A stretch of 64,000 bases of DNA from Octopus vulgaris (Eukaryota), in the NCBI GenBank assembly GCA_951406725.2, contig OX597839.1, positions 15,686,001 to 15,750,000 on the forward strand, written 5' to 3'. Position numbers and translations under genes: made by a program. Under the pieces are notes generated by a model that saw only the letters and a program-made list of their open reading frames with translations, had not been told where the DNA came from and made no database searches. Below are positions 12,412 through 35,537 of this stretch, one piece after another (position 1 is the first letter of the stretch; each line of letters opens with the position of its first letter).

Positions 12412-13496
12412 TGTGTATACATATCATCATTATCATTTAATGCCAGCCTTCCATGCTGGCAAGACTTATACAAGTCAATGTCTAATGAATACTATAAACT
12501 TAGATATATAGCTTGATCTTTTACATTTTACCAGTCAATTGTCATATGAAAAATATTAATGTGTGTATGATATATCACATATCTTCAGTTTTATTCTTTG
12601 TTTAAAAGCATCACAGAGAGTTTAGTTAATGTGTACTCAGTATGTATAATTTAACAACTGAGTACTTCCAACATATATTATAACAATTTAGATATTGAAC
12701 ACTTACAATAAACTATATTGAATGAATCCTATCAAGTGCATCATCACCAAGATCAGTCTGTCTAGCCATAAATAGATAATCATAGGTGTTGGGATATATT
12801 ATTACCAAAAGCAATATATGATTAACATCTGTTTCTCTCTGATTGTGCTCTGGGTTCAAATCCCTTTATGAGGCTGATGGAAAAGAAACAGTATTGAGTA
12901 TGTCAGCCAGCTTTCTTTTCATATGCAAGTAATGTGAGATCATTAAACAACAGTTATAACTCATCAGAGCATCACACAAACGTTTGGGGAGTTTTGTTTT
13001 ATTCTGTGGGGGCACTGGTCTGGATTGAAGAAGGGAGTTTGTACCCAGGCCTTTCGAGATATCAGTGAGAGTAATACAATTTAACAATAAAAAGTTAAAT
13101 TGAATGGAACTATACAACTTGTTGTTGTTAGGTGGTCTGAGTAAAGCATCTTAGCAGTCCATCAGCACAATGATTTGCATGTTGGACAAAATACCTGCGA
13201 TATTTGTTTATAGTCCTTTATACTCTGAGTATAAATGCCCATTAAGGCCAACTTAGTCCACCTTTCATCCTTTTATGGTTCAACATAATTATGTATTCAG
13301 GTCAATGAATTCTTTGCACAATGCATCTTGGGTGTGAATGGAATCATAATAGATGACTAACACTTATGAATTGAGACCTTAGGAATTGAAATTTACTGAA
13401 ATTTGAAGCAAGTCTGGGGATGAATAGGTCACTAGTTAGGAAGAACAAACTCTGTCATTGCTAATCAAATCTCAATGTCTATTTTATTTTTTTCAG

Positions 13497-13610
13497 CCTG
13501 GATATTCCATAAAAACAATTCTTCCATGTAATCTGAAAGGCTCCGACACCACCGTCTATCCAATAAAAATATATTTATGCGCAGTTATACTTCTGAACTG
13601 TACACCATAG
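13497..13610 (+). CDS. CFAP74: CFAP74-like terminal coding exon (PGYSIKTILPCNLKGSDTTVYPIKIYLCAVILLNCTP*)
   Basis: poly-T cAG acceptor; 114 nt ending in TAG; AATAAA follows at 13713. Confidence 0.7.
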   Translation, partial: PGYSIKTILPCNLKGSDTTVYPIKIYLCAVILLNCTP

Positions 13611-13712
13611 CAAAGCATGCAGGTTCTCCATGAATTTCTATTCATTTGTATATTTCTCTCTGAAATACAAAACAAGAAATATTTCTTCATCTGCAGCGTT
13701 TATTTACAGTGA

Positions 13713-13718
13713 AATAAA
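13713..13718 (+). promoter_or_regulatory. candidate polyadenylation signal of the CFAP74-like gene
   Basis: AATAAA ~100 nt after the stop codon; weak evidence in AT-rich DNA. Confidence 0.4.
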
Positions 13719-15131
13719 GGGAAACCTTTTTAATGCCCGAGGCAGAATCCAAATACCTCAGAAACTGCAGGACCCTTTCAGTGCTGAGGAAGTAATGAAT
13801 GTTTAATTTTACAGATTTAATAAGTATGTAATTTATATTAAATTATTTTTTACTATTAAGGCTTAAAGTGATTTTTATTCCCCTATAGGTTTTCAGAGAA
13901 TTTGTCAGCAGATAGCTTCAAATTTGAATGTGGATGAAATTTTGCCAAAGGGCAAGGGGTTCCATTTCTGATTTAGGCCGGGGTCAGAGTGGCAATAATG
14001 ATAAGACCTAAACTTGACATTTCAACTTTCTGAGACTGATTAGGGGAGGAGTCAGAATCAATCAACTGTACACTTTCTCCAAATATTTCTATGTCAAAGT
14101 TAGAAATAAATGTTACTCAAGTGGTGAAGTGATAGACTAAATGCCCTAACATTATTTAGTTTTATTGCTTTACATTTTGAGTTCAAATCTAACTAGAGTC
14201 AACATTACCTTCAAGGTTGATGAAGTCCAGAAATTGACTGAACTTGACTCAGTTGACTACTTGACTCTTTTAGTAGTAATTTGTGGCTTTGTGCTGTGAA
14301 CAATCATTTTTATACCCAGAAAATGGTTATGTTGTTAACATGTTGGAAACTTGGTTCAAAAAGCTATGTCGTTGCTAAGATGTGTCAATCTTATTTCTTC
14401 AAGTGCCATTTATTTACAAGTACACATCACTACAGTAAGTTAGAGGATCACTAGACAATTAATGAGAACTTTAAGCACACCAGGATTCAAATCCTGTGGA
14501 GTAGAGGGTGTAGTCAGTTTAATTGGCTCACACCTCTTATTTTATTGTACCAACATAGAAGTCTTGTTTTATTCTGGGTGATATTGTCAATCCAGAACAT
14601 TTGAATTTAGAATATAAAGTGTTGTAACTAAATGCCTCAAATGAAAGTCCCTTTTTTTTAACCCTTAGATAAGCACTAGAAAGACATAAATTTTGTATCA
14701 AGATGCTCATTTTAGAAACCCTGGAATATGTTCACAATACACGTTTCACCGAGTGGTGAGAAATAAGGTCAGCATTTATTTTGTTAGGTTTTAAAGTTGT
14801 TGCTTTGTACCAGACTTAACTTAAATAAGCTTAGCAAAATAAAACACTCGAGATAATTACTCAGAGACGTCCTCTGCATGAAAAACAATTGTTAGGTCGG
14901 TCTTAGTATATTCAGTGTAGTGAAAAAGCCATTTAGAAATATGAAGAAAAGATCATATTAATTCGTTACTTAAATAGTTACAGCAAGTACGGGAGACAAC
15001 TCTGGCATTCTTCAGTCATACCATACAGAATTGTATCGATTTCATATCTATACCAGGGAGTCTCAGAACAGTTGTTTAACCTGCTAGATTAACACCCTTA
15101 ATTATTTCTTGCTTAATTTAGATCATAATAG

Positions 15132-15480
15132 GAATGGCTGTGTGATTAAGAAGTTCGTTTCCCAACCACATCATTTCTGGTTCCATCCTACTGCATGACT
15201 ATTTGGGTGTCTTCTACAATGGCCTTTGAGTGACTAATTCATCAAGAGTCAAAAATGGTAGACAGAAACTGTTTCTGCAAGATTTACATAACTGTTCGAG
15301 CAACAATATTCTCCAGTAAAGCCCACAGCTCGGTTGTTTTATCATGTGTTGTGACCAAATGTAATAAAAGTAACTTACTTGAAAACACAAAGCTTGGTGT
15401 CAGGAAAAACATTTAGCCATAGAAGTCTGATCCAATCTCTACTACAATGTGAAAAGCAACATAAAAACGATGCAATCAGA
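15132..15480 (+). mobile_element. Old SINE copy (ggcatggctgtgtggtaagaag... family)
   Basis: Same head as 3691-3780, 33347-33420 and 37962; degraded RTE-like tail. Confidence 0.55.
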
Positions 15481-16565
15481 TACCATTCTTGTATCCATAA
15501 AGGTATGAAAATCTTTTATTTATACTGACCTTTTAACCTACCATGAAACCGTCTTCCTTCTTCAACTAAACTTTGTAACTTTTTGAAGTTGTAACTTATG
15601 TTTAGCTACAACACTTTATATTCTATTTCATCCTTAATTCCATACTCCTCATTCTGATATCTAGATAGTTTAGACTGCATTTTACTCCTTTAATACCAGC
15701 CATTGTTCAACTGATGTCGTCTCCCACCCAGTAATATAATTTTGATGGGTATCCATGAAACAGCTCCTCAGTATCCTTAAATCAAACCATGTCCAAACGT
15801 ATTCTCCTTACAATTACAATGTTGCATTTTGATGTTGTATATTTTAAATATTACGGCTAATTTAGTCAACGTCTCATCTTTAACTTATACAACTGCCTCA
15901 GTGCTGATGTACCCTTAATGCATGCCCAAAATAAAACCCTAAAGGCACAAGACTGAATGTAAGTTTGCTATTTAATATTCTGGTCAGATAACATTTATTA
16001 GTAAATATCAAACACGATTCTGAAAGGGTTGCTGCTGTGAGTGCTACAAAACATCTAAGACATCAAGTGAATGTAAGTTTGGAAGCATATTAAAGAGGTC
16101 TGCAATAACACAGTTCCTACTGCACCTTGAGCAAATTTCTTTTACTATAGCTTACATATGTATATATGTCTACATATAAGTATGCATACACACATGTAGA
16201 AGTGTGTATATGAGTGCACACATGCACATACATGATCATGTGTATATACACAAAAACCTACATGAATGTAAACATATGCATAGACATGTGTTGGCATATG
16301 TATACATGCATGCATGTATACACACCGACTAATATGAATACGTGATCATGTGACCAGCACATTGCTAGTTACAATGCGCTTTTGCATGGGTCAGCTGTCT
16401 TTGTACTTACACAAAATTTTCTAATGTCCTGTAGCAATTTAGAAAAAAATTTCCCCTGTTCAATATGATGTCTGATTACTTCCAGTAGGTTAAATCTAAA
16501 AAGAAATGAAAATTGAATTACCATCTCTTTAAGAGTCTTTTGATTTTTTTTTATGGGGGCTCCTT

Positions 16566-24358
<7,793 letters not shown>

Positions 24359-24587
24359 GGTAGAAAAAAAATAAAAGAACACAGTTTAGAAGAGATAAAT
24401 TTATTTCTCAATATATCTCTGATAAAGTTAAATCTTAAGTACATTATCTGTTTCAGCCACACAAACCACTTTCTTCCCAATTCATCTTTGACAAAGCTGC
24501 TGTAAGTACAACAGCGGCTTTGTCTGGCCTCAACTTTTCAGCATGCATGTATGTATACATGTATGTATGTTAGTATATATGTGTGTA

Positions 24588-24625
<38 letters not shown>

Positions 24626-25742
24626 TAGATAGATAGATATATATATACATATATAAAACCAATTTGTAATCCATAATAGAACGGTTGCAGTAAGTCAGTA
24701 GCATGAGTTGTGGATAGAACTCCACAGGACTGGTGGAATAAAACTCCACTCACAAGTGCTGGGTTTTCATGGAAAACGATGTACATTTTTTTTTAAAAAC
24801 AGTTTACTGTTGCACACTCACTGCAACCTGACAAATTTTGACAAATTGAAGCTGGAGTATAGAAGAGAGGGGAAGAACAATAAACAAACAGATTTATGAA
24901 GTGACCAAAGAACTGGTCAAATTGTACAATGGAACGTTTCTTGAGTAGGTTTTTTTTAAAAAGTGTGATGAGAGGATGGGGCTAGGGGAAAAATTTGAGG
25001 GAGAGAAAAAGAAAAAAAAAAAGAACCCATAGAAACCACATGTAGTCAATGTTTAAAAAAAAATAAGATTCAAAAATGACAAAGTTTAAAAATTAATAAC
25101 AAATATAACAATTACCCTGTTACCAAGATATATATTTATATAGAGAGATTTAAAACTCAGTTTTATAAAAAGTTTATATATATATGTATATATATAAACA
25201 TAATATTTAAGATATGGACTATACATATTTTACAGCAGGAAATTTTGTCAATAGAAATTAATGAGTTTGTGCAGGACATTAGGATGTTAATGAGGGGAGG
25301 TGGGGGAATTAATGCTCCCTACTTATAAACTGCTGGTTAAAATAGAGTAACTCATATTGTGTGAAGGGGGGGCAGGTTCTCTTACTTCAACTTGGTTTTA
25401 AACAACCCACCCACCCACCTCAAAACTTGATACTAATTGATAAAATGAGGGCACAGAACATATCACAACAATCAACTTACATTTTCATATCCACTGACCC
25501 CCACCTTCCAAGATAATATGGATTTCCACAAGCCAACCTATGCAACTCCTAAACCAAAATCAATTAGCACTATAATTTGCATAATGAAATGTGGCACGAG
25601 TGATGTTTATTAGGCCATCCACCTCACAAATATGGAGGGAGGATTGAGGCCATGGATAGTTCCATTTCTTTTTCTTCACATATGTCCCTCTCTATTTTAT
25701 TAATACCACTTTATGCAGTATTATATTCAAACAGCTAAGAAA

Positions 25743-25750
<8 letters not shown>

Positions 25751-25802
<52 letters not shown>
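25751..25802. repeat. Pure (AT)n microsatellite
   Basis: Seen directly. Confidence 0.95.
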
Positions 25803-25806
<4 letters not shown>

Positions 25807-28800
25807 TGAACAAATTTTCAAAATGTTTCCCAAAATGACTTACTAATTTTTGATTTTTAAATTCAAAAACTAACGAGTGTCATTAAAATGTAAGTTGTAC
25901 CATTATTTTAAGCAATGTAATCCAATCCTTCTACTCGAAAATAGGTAGCCTGGGCTGGCAGAACTCATTGCTTTAACTTCTAGATACACTAACTGGAAAC
26001 CTAAGTCAGTAATCAGATTATGTCGTTACGACCCAAAGAATTTACAAACTGAAAGAATAATCTAATTATTGAAGAAATCTAGTAAAATTATATTTGAAAG
26101 CTTAATCATTTGATTAGGGGATGGAGTGGCCTAAGCAAGTAGTTGAAAAGGTTGATGGTCCGTACCTCATTCAGGGATGGATAACTTAAATGACAACAAC
26201 CTACTTCATTTGGCGGTAAATATTATACCAAGTACTGATACAGTTCACACAGCTCCCTCAATGTTGCTAATTTGCAGGTTTGAGTTTGGCTCTACCCGTA
26301 GGTTTATGTAACGTGGAAAGAGGTAAACCCCACCAGATTGACAGGTAGCTATGACCCTTTTTATATGTACCATGGGACTAACAGAAATACTATATTCAGA
26401 GATTATGAAACAATGTATTATATATATATATTGAGAGATAGGCAGGATCGGTGGGAAATTAGTGTTTCTAAGTAAATATAAACAGAAGACTAGTCACAAC
26501 CAATATTTAAGAGATTTTTTTTTTTTGTTCTCTTTTCATTTTTATATCAGGGGAAGGAATGACTACTTCCAGCCAATTTAATGAGTAGGAAGGTGGGGCA
26601 ATTATGAATTTGTAATTATATATTAAATAAAGAAGAGATCACAGACAGAAAATAAACATTTTGATAATCTAAGAACAAAAAAAAAGCCAAAATTGGGAAA
26701 GGTGGGGTAAAATTTTAAGGTTTCTTATTGGAATCAGTATTTTGTGTGTATTTGTTTGTGTGAGTGAGAGAGACAGAGATTTTGGAAAGGAGATGTGGAT
26801 AAAAACTTTTTTTCTTTTAAATAATGATAAAATAATTATAGTTATCACAAGCTAAACAAACATCAAAACGATAGCATTCAAGGTGACAGCAGTAGAAAAA
26901 TAGTTGCTTTTGTTGTTGTTAAAGGATTCTGACAAAGAAATAAACAGAATGAAGATATATTACATGCCATGTCAGAGAATGTAAGAGTGGGCAGAGTGAG
27001 TGACAAAGTTGAGAAATACACCAAAAATGTTGGGAGAGGGGAATAAAATTTTCATCGTAAGCATTAGAAGATTTTGAGCCAAAAAAATAAAATAAGAGAA
27101 ATTGAGGGAAGGTCTGTTAAAATATTTTTCTTTTTGTTCCTTGCTGTTAGGAAAATAGAGATATTTTAGTTACATAGAATGAAGTTTCAAGCAGAAGATT
27201 GTGTGTGGAGGGGAAGGATTCAGTTTAGCACAATCACTCAAAGCAGGAGTCTAAAGTACAATTACCTAGTAAGTTATTTAGTAAACTTTACAAATTTGGT
27301 TAAGTGTATATGATGTGGGGGAGACCATAATCCTGGTGTACTTAGCAAAGGTCTTTATCAGAAAAGGTTTAAAAAAAAAAAAGGGAGGTAATATGTTTGA
27401 TATTTCTCATTTATAATAAAAGTCATAGAAGAAATGTGACTGACAACCTAGCAAAGAATTCACATTTCACACATCAAAGAGAAACTGCCATTAAGCTGTG
27501 TATTTAGTTTTACCTGCTAGAAACAATAGCTGAATATCTCTCAAATCACATCCTACTGTTTTAGAATAATGAATCATGTCCTGAGATATACATAGATAAG
27601 GTATGCAATATCTTAAAAGTAACTTTTTGATTTTTTCTTTGGAGATTAGCTGTGATTACAATGATCTGAAAATCCATGAAGGAGCTAGATCGGGCATTGA
27701 ATATTTGCTCAGCAAGAAAGTTAATAGTAATATGTTGGGCATGTTTCACAATTAGACATCACTTCAATTCCTAAGTGTGGAAGTTACGAATGCTTAGCTT
27801 GAAGACTCCCTACAAAAGTATACATTTAGGCCTAAACTACAAATACAGAGGGCCTACTCGACAGGAGATATAACTAACCACAACTTAAAGCCAACAATAC
27901 AAATTCATAGGATTTTTTTTTCCAATATGCCCACACCTCCACATGATGAAAATCTTTCATGGATAATGTCACAGCAATAAAAATACATGACCCATGATCT
28001 GGTTGAGTCATCTTGCTTCATCTTATGCAATATTTTTCACTAGAAACTTGGTTATGTCTTTTAATTATTTTTTTTAAAAAATAATCAAAAGTTTCAAGGA
28101 ATGAAGTAAAATAACTTTCTCCTTAAATAAGATGAAGCTTGAGAGCAAAGGTTTTAATTTTGCTATAAAAACTTTTTAAAAACAAAGTTCTGCATTTTAA
28201 ATCTAAAGGTTGTGCTAGTATCAAAATGATTAAATAACTTCATAACTTACAAGAGACTGTTTACAGATAGAAAAGTAGGTTTTTGTGAAAAGCTTTTGCA
28301 GTGTTTTAGGATAAATTATTCTTTAATACAATGGAAAGGGAAGAGTTAAAGAAATAGGACACCTTTTACATTTTGGATACAGGGGTTAGTTACATTTTTT
28401 TTAGAATACTATTTCACCAATGTTAAAAGGAAAAGTATTTAAATGTATTTTTTAAAACTTAATTTCTTTTTAAGATATATAATATATTAACAGGGAGAAA
28501 TAACAAGAGCTTAGGGATATGTTATCAACAGTGGGGGGGAAAAAAGAAAAACTGACCTTCCCCCAATGCTAAGCATTTGATCGTATGCCTGTGTGGAGTT
28601 AGTTCCCTTGCAACGGGAACACCTACAGAAGGACCAATAGTTGTTAATTTTCAGATATATCTATTGGTTCTTCCACGAGGCACATGCCTTTTGGGTTCGT
28701 CATAAAGAGAAATGGAGTGCTGTGACATTCATTTCTTTTCCAAAGGAGTAACAAACAACCTGGAATGAAAACTGCATAGCAGACTCAAATTTCCAGGAAC

Positions 28801-29677
28801 CTCTCTCTTCACATTAGTGCTCACCACAAATTATGGGGAGGAAAAAATAAATCAGTGTGTGAAGAGCACCAACATTCTATTTCACATAAGCAGCAGCAGC
28901 AATAATATTAATAATAATGGTAACGATAATAATTAGAAGAAACCAAACATGATATGGTTAGGTGGTAAGTATGGAATGGTATTTTCTACAATGTTCTGTT
29001 GCCATGAACTTGAAATAATTCAAAGCTAGGTCACTGAAAGTTTTGAAGAAATATTCAAACATAAGAGATAAAAATCAACACGACCATTAAATTCTCAATT
29101 TGGGCAAGAATTGATTAGAAATTATTTAAAATTTTTTGTTATTTTCCTTTCCTTGTAAAATTAATTATAAGAAAAATATAAGGAATTACAGTAACAAAAA
29201 CGTAAGTAGGAAAATGCTAGAAGAAGCAAATAAATTTAGCTTGAAATGTAATTAGATAGTGAAAATAACTTACATTTTGATTGATCTAAGGGACTTCAAA
29301 AGCAAATCCTGAAAAATCCTTTTCATTTAATCCTTTAGCTTTGAAAATTTAAAAATAGAAAAATTTAAATCTTAATGTCAGAGAGTGATCATGTCTGGCC
29401 TTGTTGACAAGTAGCCTTTGGTAGCTAGAAAACATCAACCAAACCATACAGGAATTTCTGTCATTAGATATCACCTAAATTAACACCACTAATTATCACT
29501 AAAACGTTAAAAGAAACTTACTTTCAAAAATGTATTTGATGAGTTAGTAACCGTAAAATGAAAGATAAACAAAAAACTGCTAGAAATCTAAACGGTAAAA
29601 ATAAAACTATGAGGAAGATAAATTATTATTAAAGAATATTTAAAAAAATATTTTAAATGTAATAACATTTCCTTTAC

Positions 29678-30702
29678 TCAATTGTGAGGTGCTCGTTTGC
29701 CTTTCATATATGATATCCACCGTTCTGCAGTGTTTTTAAATAAAGGATTATCATCTATCGTAGATAACAAGAGGATTTGATTGATATGTGTCGTGTGGTA
29801 ATCCCAACGGGCTCGGTTGGGAGTTATGCCAAGGGTTAAATGTCTAAGGTCATAGAATGTTCCAGACCCATTGTCAAATAGAAGTAACATGTGCTTCAAT
29901 GAATGCATGCCAGTATCGAAGAGCATTTGAGCCAGATGCTTTCCTGTTCCAGTGGCAATCTCTTTCACATCATAGAGACCAAGCAGAGAGTATATGAATC
30001 CATTCAGAACAAAACTACTCGGTTGTGTTGGGTATTCTTCGTACCATGTGTATACACCTGCATACTTGGCCATAACACCTCCTTCTGCACTGCTCACCTG
30101 ATAGAGTTTCAAACCATTGACCGCTGCATTCAAATAGACTGGGTTTTTCGTTCTTATATAGGCTCTGACAAGGAGAGACATGGCTTGCCCTTGAGCCATA
30201 GCAGAATACCAACCAGGGTCGAGTTCAAGCATGCTTAATTTACGAGCCACCATAATAGGCCATCCACCTCGATCATCCTGGTGCTTGACAAGCCAGTTAG
30301 CAGCATCATAAAACTGGTCAAGATGTGCAGCTGAAGAAACGGTAATGTTGTCCATCTGACCTTGTCCGTGTAAAGTAATTGCAGAGAGGTGAACAATTAT
30401 GTTGCGTAACTTGCCCTTCTTCACTTTAGAGTACTGTAATCCCATTCCTTTCTGGAAGTCTATGGCTATGTCTCGAGTAATGTGGCGCCATGACATTGGA
30501 ATGTCTCCAAGACCATAGTAGATGTTTGTTCTATCTATTGTTATCAACGTGTTGCTGAATACATAATGAATGTGAAAGATGCGGTCCTTGTGAACTTTGA
30601 GAGAAACTGTTATTGAGCCATTGCTCACAAAGAAAAAATCAAAGGAAACAAGAAACGAATCCTCTTCCACATCCATGGATATCCCTGGGGTATTTTGAGA
30701 TT
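29678..30702 (-). CDS. GLCE: D-glucuronyl C5-epimerase, terminal coding exon (catalytic C-terminal domain)
   Basis: tttttcAG acceptor; WYSAMAQGQAMSLLVRAY, WYEEYPTQPSSFVLNGFIYSLLGLYD, YDLRH, PNRARWDYHTTHINQ, KGKRAPHN* are the conserved GLCE motifs. Confidence 0.97.
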
Positions 30703-31387
30703 CTGAAAAACAAAACAAAAAAACAAAAATGAACAATAGAACAGAACAACAAAAACAGCATACATGGGTTCAACTACCATCTATAAATGCAACTACTTAG
30801 CAGTCCTTCAGTTTGCTAGAAATAGCAGATAAATTCCATTAAATCATGTCCTGCCATCTTTAAAATATGAAAGATGTTGAAAAATGCAGTCCAAGATACA
30901 CTATACCTAAAGGAAAATGATGAGTTGGTCACAGCTGGAAGGATTTCAGGTCCATTCCAATATCAGTTTTGGACCAAGCAACAGAAAACAACAAATACCA
31001 ACAACACAGTACTGTTGTTAACACACTCAATGATGTACATTGAAGGAGTGTAAACCAGCGCTCTACAAATAAAGTCTTTTGTGTTAGTTGTTCCCCAATA
31101 AGGCAAACCCCACCCCCGTCACTCTCGCAATTACAAATGCAGATTGTCCCATTGGGAATCTGCAACTAATGACAGTTTGCCAATTAAAATATATAAATGA
31201 GTACAAGGCAATTTAATATTCATATAAGACATCTTGTATGTGAATAGACTTGAAAGGTTAAAACTGTTGTACTTTTCAACAAGGTACATAACTCTTCCTG
31301 TCTTAAGTAACATAATAATGGTCAGTATTGGTACAAAATAGTTAGAATTTGTAAAAATTAGACAAGGCAATAGTTTCTGTTCCTTAA

Positions 31388-31591
31388 CCCTTTCATTACT
31401 GTATTTCTATTGAGATGCTCTGTGTTTCTCTCTATTATTTTAGATATTAGTAAAACAACTTAGTTATCATTAAGCTAGTGTTAGGAACATAAATTGTGAC
31501 TAAGTTTTAGTGGAAGATTTTAATACAAAACTTATGAAAACAAGACTTTTGTACTACAGAGCCGGTTTCAGCTGGGTTGGTAACGAAAGGG
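31388..31591. mobile_element. piggyBac-type MITE
   Basis: TTAA|CCCTTTCATTAC...GTAACGAAAGGG|CTAA: short TIRs with a TTAA target duplication, one side mutated. Confidence 0.7.
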
Positions 31592-32581
31592 CTAACGGTT
31601 CAATGATTAGTACTAAGAAGAGAATCAAACTGCAAAACCAATTTATATTTATATCACAGAGCAAATCACAATTTTTTTTTTTTTTTATCAGTTGGCAGAT
31701 ATAAGTACAAATCAACAAACAGTTCGCAAAAATTATAAACAAAGCCATTGGCTTGTTCAGGCTCAAAGGTCCAGGTACTTCTGGCTAGTGAGAGATTTGG
31801 GGCTGAGTGTGTCACAAACACTGTTGCTGTGAAAGGAGAAAAGTCTTGTGACATACACAACAGCAACTAGCATATTTTGCATTGAAATCTGCTGGAATGT
31901 ATTAAGAATAAATGTAAAAAATATAATTTTTATATCACTATTAGCAAACAATAATCCCATTTTGTTGGAGTTTTGCAACTTGCCAATCACTAGTTTGCCA
32001 ATGACAAGAACAACCACAGTGTCCATAACTCAGTGCAGTAAATTCATCCAAAAGAGCTCTAGTTTTCAACAATGTTTGTTATTCCCTAATATATGTCAGG
32101 GAAATATATATATATGATGGGCTTCCATGCAGTTTCTTCCTTCCAAATTGCACTCACAAGACGGTGATTATTGTGAAACTATAGAAGACACTTGCCCTGG
32201 TCCACTGCAGTGAGATTGAACCTAAAACCATATTGTTACAAAGTAAACATTTTAACACACCTGTCTCCATTACAATGCTGGCCGCTTTTGTATATGAACA
32301 GAAGGCTACAGATATGGAGAGAGGGTACTATCACTTATATCGACCCCATTTCTTGACAGATATCTTCTTTTATCAGCTGCACAAAAATGAGAAACTAAGT
32401 TGACCTCAGCAGAATTTGAACTCAGAATGTTGAAGACTGAAACTAAACACTGCAAGCTATTTTTACAGTCTATTGCTCTAATAATAAAAAAAAAACAAAC
32501 TAAATCTCACCTCTGAAGAGATGTGTAAATATTTAAGAAAAATGGAAAAGTGAGTGAACAGAGAAATTCAATAAAACTAAC

Positions 32582-32815
32582 CAGGAGCATCAAATTCAAT
32601 CACTTTCCCAACTTCAGGATCATCAACCACTTTTATGTGCGTGCGAGAATTTGGTAGGTACCAATTCTGCAGGTTTTCATCGCTGCCATCTTCTAGGATG
32701 ATAACATCTGGTTTGTCCTCATTCAGGAATTTACTGTAATGGCTTAAGCCAAACTGGGCAATCTGAATTGGATAATGGTGGCCTTGAGGTCCCCACTGAG
32801 TTGACACAGGAACAC
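32582..32815 (-). CDS. GLCE: GLCE internal exon (GVPVSTQWGPQGHHYPIQIAQFGLSHYSK...)
   Basis: ttccAG / GTtagt; 234 nt, phase 1-1; conserved STQW...YPIQIAQ-x-GLSHYSK. Confidence 0.95.
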
Positions 32816-35537
32816 CTGGAAATGATAAAAGCGAAAATTACTGGATACTGAAATACAAGGAAAATTATACAAATATTTTTGGGGATACAGACCATCTGAG
32901 ACCACATCTATTTCTATGATATAAAACTGATCCTTTTAAAATGATTGTATCTAAGTGAAAACCTCTCATCATGAACTTCAGTTTACAAACCAATTTTTAA
33001 TGAAAAAGTTATTTTACAAAATCCCTTCAAATTCTTGATTATATTCAAAATTAATTAAAACGGTATTTTTCATTAGAAATTTGGCAATATAAGAGTTGTG
33101 AAGGTTATAAGCAAAGTAATTGTGATGGATAAGCTGCTCAAACTACAGACAATATCAAAATGAATTTGAAATTGCCTTTGTGTAAGCACTTAACCTACTG
33201 GTTTACAGTTAACATGACTGACAAGTTCCACTCCTTCGTCAGGATTGAGTGACACAACTACATGAAATTCAATTCTTCTTACAAATAAACTATCCCAAAC
33301 ATGCAACACTTATAGATATATACATATAATACAATTTTTAAAAATAGCACAGCTATGAGGTTAACAAGTTTGCTTCTTAATGGTTCTGGATTCAAGCCTT
33401 CTACAGAGTACCATGATTGATTTCTTTTTTCTGCTGCTTTGGGTTGAACGAATATTGTGTGTGCTTGTGTAAGATGAGATACTGCACAGAAGCCTGTCAT
33501 GTTTGCAGGAGTGGGGGACGCATACAAACACATTTGTATGTATTTATATGTACATTTATATACATGCACAGACAGGTAACTGCACAGACAGGTAACAATT
33601 GGCAACAAATCAGAGGCCGGAGGACTCTCTACACTTAGCAGAGACCAGGCAACACACTCTGTTGCATGGAAGGCATTCAGCCTTAGAAACCAAGACAAAA
33701 ATGAACCCTACAAAAAGATGTGATCTCCAAAACATGTCTAGAACACCAAATAACAGACTTGGATTGCATTGACTTGTCCAACCCATGCCAGCATGGAAAA
33801 GTGAACACAGAAGGATGATAATGTAGTGTAAATATGTGTCTATGTATCAAGTTATATCTGTTCCTTCGAAATAAGTAAAATTTAATCATTTGATAGAATA
33901 AGTACCATACTCAAAAAAAGCACAGTGGTTTAAATGATTGGTTAAAACCCTTAAATGTTAGGACCTCATCATAGTCACAGTTCATTATTGAGGGGAACAA
34001 CAACAATGCAATGACTGACTGTAATTGAAATACTAACTAATCATATATATATACGTTTCAAATCTTACTCTGAGCAGTCATTGTGTTGTATCCAGGAAAT
34101 TCTTGTTTGCCCTAATTACAAGGTTGCGATTACTCTTCATGATATTTGGCCCCAAGTCAACCCTGATCCCCTATTTTTTTCAACAATTTTGTAATATGGA
34201 AGACCCATAAACCATGTCAAGTGAATGTTGGATGTTTAAAGATGTCGAGATTTTTCTAAAATATAAAATATTTAAATCAGGTACAATACCTACATTTAAA
34301 ATACAACTTTTGAAAAAAAAAAGTTGATGGGATTAGAATGTGAATAGGATATTGTAATATCAGTGATCAGAAAAATAACAGATATGCCAAGGTCCAACGT
34401 AATATAGTAACAGTTTCCACCTTTAGCAATTTCCATAAATATGTAACATAGAAGGCATTAATCCAGACAAATATCTAAGAGGAGGCATATGTTAGTGGGA
34501 ACATCATAAAAACATACAGAGGATAAATGACTGTGTAAAATTAGCTTCTGCTGGATTTACTATAAGCTGCTGGTTTTCTCATGTGCATAAGATATGGAGA
34601 GGAGGCATTTCTAAGACATCATTCAGAGAAAGGAGACACTGAGCAACAAAAGGTTAAGATTAAAAGAACATTCTTCAATGGTTTCTTTAAGATGATAGGG
34701 TGTGATCTGAGGAAGCTTCACCTACTATTTCTAGCAAGTTGAGTACCACACAGAGCCTCACAATAGATTCTGTTGTTTCACTCCAGGTTGGACCTGATAA
34801 AGCAGACCTACAAACAAAATTAATTCCATCTCTAACCATCCCATGTCTTTTCAATACCAGGTACCTAATTAATACATCTAATGCAGTTTTAAGTACATCT
34901 TTTATAAGGTATGATTTAAGGGACATTCAGTTGCTATTTCTAGCATCCCTATAAAAATAGTATCCAACATTTGAAGAGCCAGCATTGGGAATGATCCTCT
35001 AATTGCTTGCTCCAATTTACTCTGCCACAAACTGTAGGGCATGCAGCTGTAAAAACAACTACTTCAAATAATAAACCACCCCATGCAAGCAAAGATGGGA
35101 ACAGGGAGCAGATGAAGATGGGAAAAAAATTCCCAGAAATTAGAACCAACTAACAAAAGCCCTTTCCATTAATACTTTTCAATCTGCATAAAAAAAAAAA
35201 TACAATATCAAATTTTTTTTTTTCATGCTAGCTTTCATGTGTGTATGTTATACTGGTTTTAACAACCTATGATTTTCATGGCTTGCAAACTAGCAGTTTG
35301 ACAAATAAATTAATAAAAAAAGGACTAGATTAAGTAAGTAATGGAGTCAATATAACCAACTATAAAAGCCTTGAAAGTTGCATCCCAGCATAGACACACT
35401 CTTGACTAAAACCAATAAAAAATAAATCCAAAACAAAAGAATATACATGTATGTATCTGATAAAGCTATGGATTAATTAATGAATGGCACGAGAGCCATA
35501 GAAATCAGCTGTAAGAATACTATAGGTTACTTCTAGA

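Noticed and set aside
24481-24930. Possible mariner-like remnant
   Set aside because: Only a vague resemblance; no TIR pair or transposase motif could be confirmed.
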